A stretch of DNA of 64,000 nucleotides from Sedimentisphaerales bacterium (GTDB lineage: Bacteria; Planctomycetota; Phycisphaerae; Sedimentisphaerales; Anaerobacaceae): NCBI GenBank assembly GCA_040772485.1, contig JAXGYC010000007.1, forward strand, positions 704,001-768,000, read 5' to 3'. How positions within the stretch are numbered: position 1 is the stretch's first letter; each line of letters begins with the position of its first letter. The position numbers and the translations under genes were made by a program. Under the pieces are notes generated by a model, which worked only from the letters and a program-made list of their open reading frames with translations, had not been told where the DNA came from and searched no databases. This document shows, piece after piece, positions 9,739 through 19,275 of this stretch.

Positions 9739-11013
9739 CTATCTCGGCGTGTCGTTGCGCCAGTAGTCGGCGTGGTAGGTCGCGCCGTCCTTGTTCCAGA
9801 TCTTCGTGACGATGTCGATGTCCCCATCGCCGTCGACGTCGCCCAGCGTGGCGTCGTGCCAACCGGGATTGTCGATTTGCAGCACGACGGGCGTGAACGT
9901 CGGACTCGATCCGCCGGAGCTGAGCCAGATCACGCCGCGCTCCTTGAGCCCCTTGGGCTTCATCGCCAGCTTGCCGCTGGACTCCATGTAGGCGTCGGGG
10001 TCTTCCTGCTCGCCCGCGAAGATGTCGAGATCGCCGTCGCTGTCGAAATCTGCGACACCGAGCGAGTGAAACGAGCCGGTCCCCGGCACATCCCCCGGCC
10101 GTGTGGGCGGATCCTCAAGAAGATGGCGTTTCCAGCGGGGCCGTCTACCGGTGTCCTCGACCCAGTAGACGTGCGACCAGCCGGTGTCGCAGTCGCTATA
10201 GACAATGTCGTTGCGCCCGTCGCCGTTGAGATCGACGATCCAGGAGCGCATGCTGGTTCCATAGGACGCGTTCGGCACGGCCAGATGGGGCCATTCGTAT
10301 CGCCGCCAAGGGCGGGGTGCGCTGCCGGGATTCTCGAACCAGTAGGCCGGGATGATGATGTCGAGGTCGCCGTCGCCGTCGAGATCGCCGACGCCGTTGG
10401 GCGCGATTCCGCCGTGATTCTCCTCGCCCTGGCCCACGTCGGTCTGCTTCATGCCGTCGGCCGGGTCGTACCACGAGACGACCGTGCCGTGATACGTTAC
10501 GATGTCGAGCCGGCCGTCTCCGTTGATGTCGGCCGCGACGATGTCGTGTCCCCCGCCGGCAAAATCATGGGCGGGCCAGGGCGTGTGGGGGCTTTCCGCC
10601 AGAGTGCCCGGATTCTCGAACCACACCTTCGTCAGGACCACGTCGAGCCAACCATCGTCGTTGATGTCCAGCGCCGCGGCGCCCAGGGTGTTGGCCAGGC
10701 CCTCGGCCGAGCCCATGACGTGACGGACCCAGGTGGCGTCGTCCTTCCGCTCGAACCAGTAGGCGGTCTTCGGTTCGCGCCGCGAGATGACCACGTCCAA
10801 ATCGCCGTCGCCGTCGTAGTCGGCCAGCGGGCTGCCGCCCGTCCCCCACGCCGAGCCGGGCAACGGATCGGCAATCGTGAAATGCGTGAACGCCAGATCC
10901 CCCGCGCGCACCGCCGCCGTGGGCACAACACACATCACAAAGGCGCACGCGCACGTCACGGCCCTGTATTGACTCAGAACACGAACCTGTCTGTCACGGC
11001 AACGGCTTGACAT
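9739..11013 (-). CDS. FG-GAP/VCBS repeat protein
   Basis: Seven DxDGDGDLD-type repeats; signal-like N-terminus; start uncertain. Confidence 0.85.
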   Translation of the reverse strand: MSSRCRDRQVRVLSQYRAVTCACAFVMCVVPTAAVRAGDLAFTHFTIADPLPGSAWGTGGSPLADYDGDGDLDVVISRREPKTAYWFERKDDATWVRHVMGSAEGLANTLGAAALDINDDGWLDVVLTKVWFENPGTLAESPHTPWPAHDFAGGGHDIVAADINGDGRLDIVTYHGTVVSWYDPADGMKQTDVGQGEENHGGIAPNGVGDLDGDGDLDIIIPAYWFENPGSAPRPWRRYEWPHLAVPNASYGTSMRSWIVDLNGDGRNDIVYSDCDTGWSHVYWVEDTGRRPRWKRHLLEDPPTRPGDVPGTGSFHSLGVADFDSDGDLDIFAGEQEDPDAYMESSGKLAMKPKGLKERGVIWLSSGGSSPTFTPVVLQIDNPGWHDATLGDVDGDGDIDIVTKIWNKDGATYHADYWRNDTPR

Positions 11014-11093
11014 CCTCACACCTCGCTTTCGTCCCATGTCCTGATCCATACCTGCGATTGCAGCGGTCCGCCGGATCTCCGAAGCACACACTT

Positions 11094-12245
11094 CTAACGC
11101 CATGCGGGCCACTCGATTACCCCACCTTTGACCTGCGGCGGGGCGATGCGGAAGAACAGCTCTGTCGGCCAGGCGCCCAGACGCTCGAAGCCGGCGGGGG
11201 CGGTCTGCTCGAACTGCAAATACGCCTGGACGCGACCCTCGGTCGTGTAGGAGATCTTCTCGTCATGGCCGCCGTCGCCGAAGACATGATATCCAGCGAG
11301 AATGCAGTCCTTCAGATCGACGTGCAGCAGTTGCGGGGCCCTCTCGGAGCAAATGATGCCGGTCGAAGGGCTGATCGTCGGCTGAGAGAAATTCAGCACG
11401 ATCATCCGGCAGTCCTCGAACCGGGCCCGCACACACTTGCTCGCGTAGGAAGCCTGGACCGCATTGTCGGGGTGGACGAGCGTACAGTCCTCAAAGACGA
11501 CGTGCGGGGTCTGCGGCATCGTGGTCTCCCAGCCCCCGATCAGGACGGCCGCCGTGTCGCCTCGCCAGTCCAGGGCCAGGAAGTAACAGCGTCGAAAGAC
11601 ACTTGGCTCATCCGGCCGCACAGTCGGATAGCACAGCCCGCCGCCGAACGCCCGTCCGATGCCGACGCAGTCGTCGACCAGGACGGTGAAGCCCCCGCCG
11701 CTCTCGTGCGTCAGGTCCCAGAACAGGCCCGCGTCGCCTCCGGTGGCGTAGAGGTTCCGCAGCGCCCAGCGGTCCCAGACGATGCAGGAGAAATTCGTCT
11801 GGTTGTTGCCGCGGGACCATTCGGTGGTCGAAGCCCGCATGTTGGACCACCAGTCCCAGCTCTTGAATCCCAGGTTCGGATCGCCCGCGTCGATCACGAC
11901 CCAACCCTGCGCGCCCGAGCCGAGACGCCCGTCGACGTCACCGATCAGGAGATTGTAGGCGCCCGGCGCGCCTTTGTGCGGCGTTTCGAGGTTGGGCTCC
12001 ATGTAGTGGTCCGGCCGGACGATCACCCGGTGGCCCCCGCCGTCGTCGGGCACCGCGTTCAGCGCCGCCTGGATCGTGTGGAACGCACGAGTCCAGCTCA
12101 GCCCGTCGGAGTTGTCCCCTGCCTTCGAAACGTAGAGCGTCGTCCCCTGCCGGCCGGCATAACCAACGTCACCCGGCACAGGAGACGCCGATGCGGCTCG
12201 ACAAGCAAACAGAATCCAGATAAGACACAGCCGTGTCTGCCCCAT
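11094..12245 (-). CDS. Secreted hypothetical protein, possible beta-helix polysaccharide-active fold
   Basis: Signal peptide; TLYVSKAGDNSDGLSWTRAFHTIQAAL and VIVRPDHY, typical of N-termini of beta-helix proteins. Confidence 0.6.
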   Translation of the reverse strand: MGQTRLCLIWILFACRAASASPVPGDVGYAGRQGTTLYVSKAGDNSDGLSWTRAFHTIQAALNAVPDDGGGHRVIVRPDHYMEPNLETPHKGAPGAYNLLIGDVDGRLGSGAQGWVVIDAGDPNLGFKSWDWWSNMRASTTEWSRGNNQTNFSCIVWDRWALRNLYATGGDAGLFWDLTHESGGGFTVLVDDCVGIGRAFGGGLCYPTVRPDEPSVFRRCYFLALDWRGDTAAVLIGGWETTMPQTPHVVFEDCTLVHPDNAVQASYASKCVRARFEDCRMIVLNFSQPTISPSTGIICSERAPQLLHVDLKDCILAGYHVFGDGGHDEKISYTTEGRVQAYLQFEQTAPAGFERLGAWPTELFFRIAPPQVKGGVIEWPAWR

Positions 12246-12323
12246 GAACCACTCCTTCATGCATGATCGATGTCCCTGAGGTGAAGCGCGTGCACAGGAC
12301 TGCAATCGCACCAAAGGATACCC

Positions 12324-12641
12324 TCAGCGGGTTTGCTCTCGCTCAGAAACCACCTCATCGGACACAATGCGGTATTCCCCCATGAATCTTACCGCGACCC
12401 TGCCGTCCGCGGTTTCGCAATAGGGATCGTTGACGGCGATGAGCACCTCTGTCCCGCAGCCCTGGCATCTCGACACGTGGTACTTGAAGGGCATCTCTGA
12501 TTCGCCTTCAATCGTGCCGATGCTCCAGCGCACTTGTGCCGGGTATTCGTCAAGCCAAGTCGGCTGTGTACACACTGCACAGGGCAGGGTTACCATCCTG
12601 CTACCACATCTCAGACAAACTGACTCAGCCCAATTAGCCAT
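12324..12641 (-). CDS. Small Cys-rich zinc-ribbon protein
   Basis: Three CxxC pairs (CLRC, CAVC, CQGC); GGAGA RBS. Confidence 0.55.
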   Translation of the reverse strand: MANWAESVCLRCGSRMVTLPCAVCTQPTWLDEYPAQVRWSIGTIEGESEMPFKYHVSRCQGCGTEVLIAVNDPYCETADGRVAVRFMGEYRIVSDEVVSEREQTR

Positions 12642-12674
12642 CTGTGTTCTCCGGGGAATCGTAGCGATACTGTA

Positions 12675-13094
12675 TCATGGCTTTCGTCGCTTGAGATATG
12701 TGTCAATAGCGATGCCAGTGTAGTGCTCGACGGGCAATTCGTCGGTCCGGTCGAGGTCGACCCAGGTGTAGTCCTGCGCCTCGTCGTTGAGCAGCACTTC
12801 GGTCGAATCGGTCCGGCAGGCGTAATCGAAGAAGATAAAGTGCCGGCGCCGCCAGAACCGCTCGTCGTGGATGAACTCCTGGAAACAGACGAACTCGATG
12901 TCACGAATCTCCAGGTTGGTCTCCTCGCGGATCTCGCGCCGCAGGGCCTGTTCCATCGTCTCGCCCAGTTCGATGTGCCCGCCGGGAACGACCCATCTGC
13001 CCCGCCACTTGTGCGAGCGCATCAGGAAGAGCTGTCCCTGGGCGTTGAAAATCAGCGCCCCTACCGTCGGTTCCGGATAGTGCTGCTCGGCCAT
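12675..13094 (-). CDS. NUDIX hydrolase
   Basis: Nudix box GGHIELGETMEQALRREIREETNL. Confidence 0.92.
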   Translation of the reverse strand: MAEQHYPEPTVGALIFNAQGQLFLMRSHKWRGRWVVPGGHIELGETMEQALRREIREETNLEIRDIEFVCFQEFIHDERFWRRRHFIFFDYACRTDSTEVLLNDEAQDYTWVDLDRTDELPVEHYTGIAIDTYLKRRKP

Positions 13095-13095
13095 A

Positions 13096-13869
13096 TCACA
13101 CTGTCTCCGCTCGTGCTTTCCGCAGGACCCAGATCATGAAAGGACTTGCTTGTGGTTCGAATGGACCACAGGAGTAGTCCCCATATAGATGGACCGGGAC
13201 GAAACCCGCCGCTTCCGCCAGCGACTGGAAGTCGTAGTGCGAGTGCAGACAGAAGTGCAGGTCGACAGTCATGCTGGCCAAGGCAGAGCCATCCCAGCAC
13301 CGCACATCGTAGAACTGGCTGCCGTTCACCGTTTTCGAGACGGGATCATAGTTCTCCACAGACGACAAGGTGAGCATATTGCCGTCCGGAAGCGGAAAGT
13401 TGCCCAGCTCGCGTCGGCCCCCGGTTATCGACTTCAATCGTATTGGCGGATTGTGCAGGGTGCAGATGAACCGCCCTTCATCCGACAGATGATCGTGAAT
13501 CCGCGACAGAGCCAGTCGCTGCCGGGCGGCTTCTGTGATTTCGGCGAACGAATGAAAGGGAATGAAGATCAGATCGAACTTCCGGTCCAGCGACAGCTCG
13601 CACATATCGGCCTGGATCACTTCCGCCGAGAGGTCTTCCGTTCGAAGCTTGTCACGCAAAACATCGAGCATGGCCGGTGAACTGTCCACGCACGTCAGGT
13701 CGGTCCCGGCCAACAGCAAGGGAATCGAGACGCGTCCGGTGCCGGCCGTCAGCTCCAGGACCGCTCCGGCGGCCCTCTTCGCTTCCCGCAGGAAGAATGG
13801 GACATCCATGTCCGTCTGGACGTAGCTGTCGTAAAAGCGGGCGACCCGCTCATAGTCCATCGCAGGCAT
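13096..13869 (-). CDS. Class I SAM-dependent methyltransferase
   Basis: VLELTAGTGR, VDSSPAML, QADM, FDLIF. Confidence 0.9.
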   Translation of the reverse strand: MPAMDYERVARFYDSYVQTDMDVPFFLREAKRAAGAVLELTAGTGRVSIPLLLAGTDLTCVDSSPAMLDVLRDKLRTEDLSAEVIQADMCELSLDRKFDLIFIPFHSFAEITEAARQRLALSRIHDHLSDEGRFICTLHNPPIRLKSITGGRRELGNFPLPDGNMLTLSSVENYDPVSKTVNGSQFYDVRCWDGSALASMTVDLHFCLHSHYDFQSLAEAAGFVPVHLYGDYSCGPFEPQASPFMIWVLRKARAETV

Positions 13870-13875
13870 GGCCGA

Positions 13876-15279
13876 TCACTCCGGCTGTCCCGGCGGCGGA
13901 GACTTCGCGGCCTCGTCATCGAGAACCAGGACCCAATCGCCGCCGCGTCCCGACGTCGGCGGCACAAACGTCTGAAAACCCACGTTGTCGCTGGTGTGCA
14001 GAGGCTCGGCGATTCCATAGCGGGGATCGAACCACGTCGCCTTCACACGGGCGGCGCGGATGGCGTTCATGCGCACCATGAACGGCTCGCCCCGTGGGGA
14101 GTAGATGAAGGCGAACGACCCGTCGGAGGCAAGCGCTGCGCGGACCTTGGCGCCTCCCGTATCCGGGGCATTGACGAGGATCGACGGCGCCGGCCGGAGC
14201 TTGCGGAACGGACGCGATTCGAACAGCCTGCGAATCAGGCCCATCTGAAAGGCGCCAGGATGGTCCAGCGATTCGAACCAGGGGACGTTGGCCCAGAGGA
14301 CCGGCGCGCGTCCCGGCTGCCACATCTGCCAGATGCTGCTGTGTCCGTAGGTGTGCCCGCACGCGCCGGCCAGCAGCGACCAGTAGGCCGCCTGCCGCAC
14401 GTCGTAGGCATCGAAACGAACGTTGCGCGCCTCGTTGGCATTGTAGAACCCCACCGACAGCATTTCGTATCGAGGCTCGCCGTCGAGCGTGGGCTTGACC
14501 GGCTCGAGCAGGCAGTCGTGCTCGGCGAACAGGCCGTTGTCGTGGTCCCGCGCCGCGTGCGACGACTGGAACATGTTGAAGTCCAGCCAGCCGGCCCGGT
14601 GGAAGTAGTCCGACGACAAGCCCGGCCCGCGCGGGTGGTACGTGATCAGATGGCCGCCGCCGTCCCCCTCGCGAAGCCCCGTCGCCATCGCCTCGATGGT
14701 GGCCCGCTCGGCGTCGTTGCGGATGTTCTCGTCACCGCCGAGAATCCAGATGATCGACTCATCCTTGTATCGCCGCCCGAGGAAGCGTCCATAGACCTTC
14801 GCATTCTCGGCGTTGAAGATGCCCGATCCCGCCTTCCAGTAGCTGCCCCACGTCGGCAGCATCCCGACGACCAGACCCACCTCGTTTGCCTTGTTGACGA
14901 TGTAGTCGACGTGGGCGAAATAGGCCTCGTTCGGCTGCATCGGGTCTTTGTCGACCAGCGGCACGTCGCCGTACGGATTCGGGTCCGTCAGACCATTCAA
15001 CTGGGCCAGGACCACCGCCTGAATCACCGTGAAGCCCTTGGCGGCGCGATTGGCCAGGTAGCGATCCGCCTCTTCCCGGTTGAGACGATGAAACATCTCC
15101 CACGCGGTGTCCCCCAGATAGAAGAACGGCCTGCCGTCGTCGTATTCGAGATAGTGCCCTCCATCGGCAACGCGAAGCCGCGGCGAGACCTCGCTCGCCG
15201 TGCCGACCGGCGCCGGCAGCGCTATCAGCAGAACCGCAGCCACCAGACAACCCGCCTTCGCACCTGTAGCATCCCTCAT
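13876..15279 (-). CDS. DUF4038 / GH140-like glycoside hydrolase
   Basis: PFFYLGDTAWE, KGFTVIQ, ITYHPRG, FNMFQSSH, DGEPRYE, GHTYG; C-terminal WFDPR and DWVLVL. Confidence 0.85.
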   Translation of the reverse strand: MRDATGAKAGCLVAAVLLIALPAPVGTASEVSPRLRVADGGHYLEYDDGRPFFYLGDTAWEMFHRLNREEADRYLANRAAKGFTVIQAVVLAQLNGLTDPNPYGDVPLVDKDPMQPNEAYFAHVDYIVNKANEVGLVVGMLPTWGSYWKAGSGIFNAENAKVYGRFLGRRYKDESIIWILGGDENIRNDAERATIEAMATGLREGDGGGHLITYHPRGPGLSSDYFHRAGWLDFNMFQSSHAARDHDNGLFAEHDCLLEPVKPTLDGEPRYEMLSVGFYNANEARNVRFDAYDVRQAAYWSLLAGACGHTYGHSSIWQMWQPGRAPVLWANVPWFESLDHPGAFQMGLIRRLFESRPFRKLRPAPSILVNAPDTGGAKVRAALASDGSFAFIYSPRGEPFMVRMNAIRAARVKATWFDPRYGIAEPLHTSDNVGFQTFVPPTSGRGGDWVLVLDDEAAKSPPPGQPE

Positions 15280-15349
15280 GGTCAATCCTTTCTGAAGAAG
15301 AAGGCGCAGCCGCACGCCCCGAACAGTCGTCTTGTCATGATGCGCCGGT

Positions 15350-16006
15350 TCACCCGGCCGCGCGACCAGCCTGGATGGACTCCATCACTCGGGCGAGGTC
15401 GTCGAGGATCGCGTCCTCGGCATGTGGATACCCATCGAACGTGCCCGTCACCGTTTCGCGTCCACCCGAGCCGAGTTGCACCAGTTCGTATCGAGGCGGC
15501 GCTTTCGACGTCCGACGCACCTCCATCGCCAGGAGAGAACGGCCCATCCGATCGGGCGGAGGCGATCCTTTCGGTCCCCAGAACCGCCACAGCAGCCGCA
15601 CGCCGAGCGGAGTGGCACTGATGTGGGACAACTCGATCCGCATCGTCCCGGTCTGCTCCAGGACACCGCCCCAATCTGCTCCGGCATCGACCAGCAGGAT
15701 GTCGAGCATCCCGCGAACATCGTCTCCCGGAGCGGTTTTGAAGGTCGCTCCTGGAGACGGACCGGGGAAGTGAAGCGTCCATTCATACCTGCCATCGACG
15801 GGCGGCGGCACGTACGTCAATTCCCGAACCACCGCCAGGCCCGCCAGACCGATGAGCAGAGTGAGCCCCGCGAACACAAGAATCCGCCGTCGGGGCCAAC
15901 AAACCCCGAGCTTGAAACCAGGGCTGCCTTCATGGCTCTTCGTCTGACCTTCGTGAATCGGGCGATCATTCGTTGTATCAGTCACCACCATACTCGCATG
16001 GCCCAC
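15350..16006 (-). CDS. Hypothetical single-pass membrane protein
   Basis: 218-aa ORF with one TM segment (ILVFAGLTLLIGLAGLAVV); start uncertain. Confidence 0.5.
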   Translation of the reverse strand: MGHASMVVTDTTNDRPIHEGQTKSHEGSPGFKLGVCWPRRRILVFAGLTLLIGLAGLAVVRELTYVPPPVDGRYEWTLHFPGPSPGATFKTAPGDDVRGMLDILLVDAGADWGGVLEQTGTMRIELSHISATPLGVRLLWRFWGPKGSPPPDRMGRSLLAMEVRRTSKAPPRYELVQLGSGGRETVTGTFDGYPHAEDAILDDLARVMESIQAGRAAG

Positions 16007-16165
16007 AGAGACTCGTTTGTGTCTGTCATACCGACCGCGTTACGAGAGACTCGATGCCGCCCAGATTATCACAACCGACGATCCTTGGGAAGCCGCGTTC
16101 AGACTGCTCGCCTCGACGCGCGGGATCATAGAGGCGAATTGACGCACAGAACATCCAGATTTCTC

Positions 16166-16194
16166 TTGACAACCGCACGCCGGCGGTGTATGAA
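16166..16194 (+). promoter_or_regulatory. Putative sigma70 promoter upstream of the Cys-rich protein pair
   Basis: TTGACA-N17-TATGAA. Confidence 0.4.
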
Positions 16195-16435
16195 TGAGGC
16201 CAGTATCGGTTGGAGTCGATACGTGGGCACGGAGGCAGGGATGCTGAATGGGCCACATTTCTCCACCACACTCCTGTTTTCGCACGCGCTCTGTCTCCGC
16301 GCAGAACTGTAGTCAGGGATGAATCGCATTCTATGCGCACCCGCATGGATGGTTCAGGTGCGTCCGGACGGAGCGACCTTCCGGAGAGGGTCGTGCTCTG
16401 ATGCAAAGGAATGTCAGTTTACAAGGAGGTAAAGG

Positions 16436-16798
16436 ATGAAGAAGTGCGTATTGGTACTGGCGGTGCTCGCGATGAGCACCAGTGCATGGGGATTCGGCAT
16501 CGGCAACTACAGTGGCAACTGCAATGGACTGCCGCTGTGCTGTCCGACCCCCAGTCCGTGTCCGACGCCCTCTCCCTGTCCCGGGGCCGTCATCGTTGGT
16601 GACTTCGCGGGCCAGGCCGGCCTGCTCTACAGCAGTCCGTGCGCCCCGGTGTGCGTCATGGGCGTCGACAGTTGCCAAGGGGCCTGGTCCAAGCAAGGCC
16701 AGATCGGTTGCCTCGATTGGAGTTGCTTCGCGAGCTTCGGCAACCACCATGTCTATGGCGGCCCGGTGTGGCCCAGTTTCACCTACGCGCCGCGGTGA
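16436..16798 (+). CDS. Secreted Cys/Pro-rich small protein 1 (120 aa)
   Basis: ACAAGGAGGT RBS; signal MKKCVLVLAVLAMSTSAWG; CPTPSP x2; 10 Cys in mature part. Confidence 0.8.
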   Translation: MKKCVLVLAVLAMSTSAWGFGIGNYSGNCNGLPLCCPTPSPCPTPSPCPGAVIVGDFAGQAGLLYSSPCAPVCVMGVDSCQGAWSKQGQIGCLDWSCFASFGNHHVYGGPVWPSFTYAPR

Positions 16799-16859
16799 TC
16801 GCCGAGACACTCTGCAAACGGGATATGGGCAGTGGCGAGAGCATGGTATGCAGATTCGG

Positions 16860-16895
16860 CCCAGCCGTGGGCCGGCTGCATCGCCCACGGCTGGG
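16860..16895 (+). terminator. 13-bp GC hairpin downstream of Cys-rich gene 1 (terminator or stabiliser)
   Basis: CCCAGCCGTGGGC-N10-GCCCACGGCTGGG; no U-tract. Confidence 0.4.
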
Positions 16896-17202
16896 ATCCG
16901 CCTTCTGAGCGGCGTCTCTGACATCCTGCTCGCGCTGCGATCCAATCCGTCGGACCACAACTGTGTGGACGGGCCGTTTCACCCAGCCTTTAGGGCAGCG
17001 TATCGTCCGGAAGGACGATTCGTCCGGCGGGTGGCTGCCACACAGGGTCTGTAGACCGCCACCACATACACAAAACGTCGCCCGTTCGGAACCTGCGGTT
17101 CCGACCGGACAGATCGAGTGCGCAGGAATCGCACTCACCCACGCGAGCCTATGGAGAGACTCGCGCGGTTGGGAACATTGTATCGTCACAAGGAGGTGTC
17201 GT

Positions 17203-17565
17203 ATGAAGAAGTATGCCTTGCTGCTCCTGCTCGTTCTGGCGTTCAACGCGACCGCATGGGGATGTCATGTCGGGATGTATTACTCAAGCTCGTACATGAG
17301 CGTCAGTCACTGTTCGAACTGGGGCCTGTGTCCAGCCCCGTGTCCCAATCCAAACCCATGTCCGTGCCCGAATCCAAACCCGTGCCCGAACCCGTGCCCG
17401 AATCCGTGCCCGAATCCAAATCCGTGCCCGAACCCGTGCCCGAATCCAAATCCGTGCCCGAACCTGAACTGGCACTGGTCATGGCACTGGAGCAACTGCG
17501 GCTACATGTCCTACTATAGCTACAGTTGCGGCGGTGTGAACTACTGCAACGTGTGGGCGCAGTAG
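17203..17565 (+). CDS. Secreted Cys/Pro/Asn-repeat small protein 2 (120 aa)
   Basis: ACAAGGAGGT RBS; signal MKKYALLLLLVLAFNATAWG; CPNP/CPNPNP repeats; 15 Cys. Confidence 0.85.
   Translation: MKKYALLLLLVLAFNATAWGCHVGMYYSSSYMSVSHCSNWGLCPAPCPNPNPCPCPNPNPCPNPCPNPCPNPNPCPNPCPNPNPCPNLNWHWSWHWSNCGYMSYYSYSCGGVNYCNVWAQ
17329..17463 (+). repeat. Intragenic 12/18-nt tandem repeat encoding CPNP/CPNPNP
   Basis: Recurrent tgcccgaa(c/t)ccg and tgcccgaatccaaatccg units. Confidence 0.9.
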
Positions 17566-17899
17566 CCTCGTGCTACGAACACCATTGCCGACACCCGTCG
17601 GCAGCCATCAGAATCACATCCGGCCCGGCGGCGGCCCTCGGAGCGCCGCCGCCGGAGCCGGTCGCATGTGAAGTCTCGTTGCTGCTGGCGAGGAGACTCC
17701 ACCTGTCTTCCCAACGACGCCGCACGCCGCACCTCCAAGTCTTCTCGTATCCACACCTCCTCGATTCGTGGGCGCAGCAGTGAGAGAGGATCAGCGATGA
17801 TAGAGAACTGGCAATGCGCCCTTGAGGTGATGGGATCATCAAGGCTTCTCGGGGTACTTCGTTGCCCCAGGAGCAACGGCAAGCTTGCGTCCACCGCGC

Positions 17900-18973
17900 T
17901 CACGGCTTCTCGGCGGACCCGAAAACCCAGACGGTGTTCTTGCCCGACTGCTTGGCGCTGTAGAGAGCCCGGTCGGACCGACTGGTGATATCCTCAGGAT
18001 TGGCGTCGGCGCCATACTGACCTACACCAATGCTGATCGACAGCGGAATACGGACGCTCTGCCAGCACACGCAGGAACAGGCAACCGCGTCGACAATGCG
18101 CTGTGAGACCAGGATGGCCTCCTCCAATAAGGTATTCGGCAGGATGACACCAAACTCGTCGCCCCCGTAGCGCGCCGCCAGATCGATCTGACGGATGCAC
18201 TCCTTGATCCTGCGGCTGATCTCGCGGATGACCTTGTCGCCCGCCCGGTGGCCGTAGGTGTCGTTGATGGCCTTGAGGTTGTCGATGTCCGCCATGATCA
18301 TCGAGATCGTGCCGCCATAGCGACGCGACCGCCACAACTCCCGCTCCAGGGCTTCATAGAAGGTCCTGTGGTTCATCAACCCGGTCAGACCGTCCAGCAT
18401 GGCCTGACGCTGCATCTTCTCGAACAGCTTGATGTTGCCGATCGAGGCGCCGATCAACTGCCCCAGCAACTCGATCAGCGATATGTCTTCCCGGCCAAAC
18501 GAAGCAGGTTGGGCCTTGTCCGCCAGATTCAGGACGCCGACGACGCCGTCGTGACAGATCAGGGGCACGATCGCACAATTGGTCGTCGTGTAGTTTTCCG
18601 CAAATGCCCGTTGCGACTTCTTGATGATCGGTCTGTTGTACGTGTCGATGTCACCGGTCAGGATCAGTTCCTTGCTCTTGACGGCCACGACCATCGGCGA
18701 CGGCGGCGTCTGATTCAGGGACACGATCTTGTTGATGGGAAACGGATGGTTGCAGCGGACCAGATGGAGAATGTGGTTTGGCTCATCCAGCACATACAGT
18801 GACGCGAAAGTCGATCCTACGATCGCGGGAATCTTCGCGACGCAGGCATCTGCGATCCGGTCCATGTCCAGACTGTTGATCTGGCGTGCCAGCGGCGTGA
18901 CCAGCTCCAGCAAGGAGCGGCCGGACGAGGGAGCGTCCTTGTGCTCGTTCGATTGGTCGATTCGTCTGGTCAT
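17900..18973 (-). CDS. GAF-GGDEF diguanylate cyclase
   Basis: GAF region; DGLTGLMN, DIDNLKAINDTYGH, RQID I-site, RYGGDEF. Confidence 0.92.
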   Translation of the reverse strand: MTRRIDQSNEHKDAPSSGRSLLELVTPLARQINSLDMDRIADACVAKIPAIVGSTFASLYVLDEPNHILHLVRCNHPFPINKIVSLNQTPPSPMVVAVKSKELILTGDIDTYNRPIIKKSQRAFAENYTTTNCAIVPLICHDGVVGVLNLADKAQPASFGREDISLIELLGQLIGASIGNIKLFEKMQRQAMLDGLTGLMNHRTFYEALERELWRSRRYGGTISMIMADIDNLKAINDTYGHRAGDKVIREISRRIKECIRQIDLAARYGGDEFGVILPNTLLEEAILVSQRIVDAVACSCVCWQSVRIPLSISIGVGQYGADANPEDITSRSDRALYSAKQSGKNTVWVFGSAEKP

Positions 18974-19246
18974 GGGCGAACAACAGCACCCTGAGTCATC
19001 ACAGATTATGGCGTTTGCACCGACACTGCCTCTTATCGTCCAATCCCCGACAGCCTGTTTGGAGAAATCTCCAAATGGACTGCTGCCATGCCCCTGACGC
19101 GGAAATGCGCCGGTCCGGACGGCCTGCGAACCCGCATGTCCAAGTGTTATAGGGCTTTAGCGTGAGAACAGGTCCGGCGTCTGCCCAGGTCAATTGCGCC
19201 GCAAACGAGTCGCCCGAAGATTTTTCCGCAAAAATCTCAAAACCAG

Positions 19247-19275
19247 TTGACAGGCCGATAAAGGGTTTTTACATT
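19247..19275 (+). promoter_or_regulatory. sigma70 promoter for the MerR-family gene
   Basis: TTGACA (19247-52)-N17-TACATT (19270-75). Confidence 0.7.

Noticed and set aside
19033..19061. sigma28 promoter for the GGDEF gene (GACGATAA, minus strand)
   Set aside because: No -35 match at 15-nt spacing
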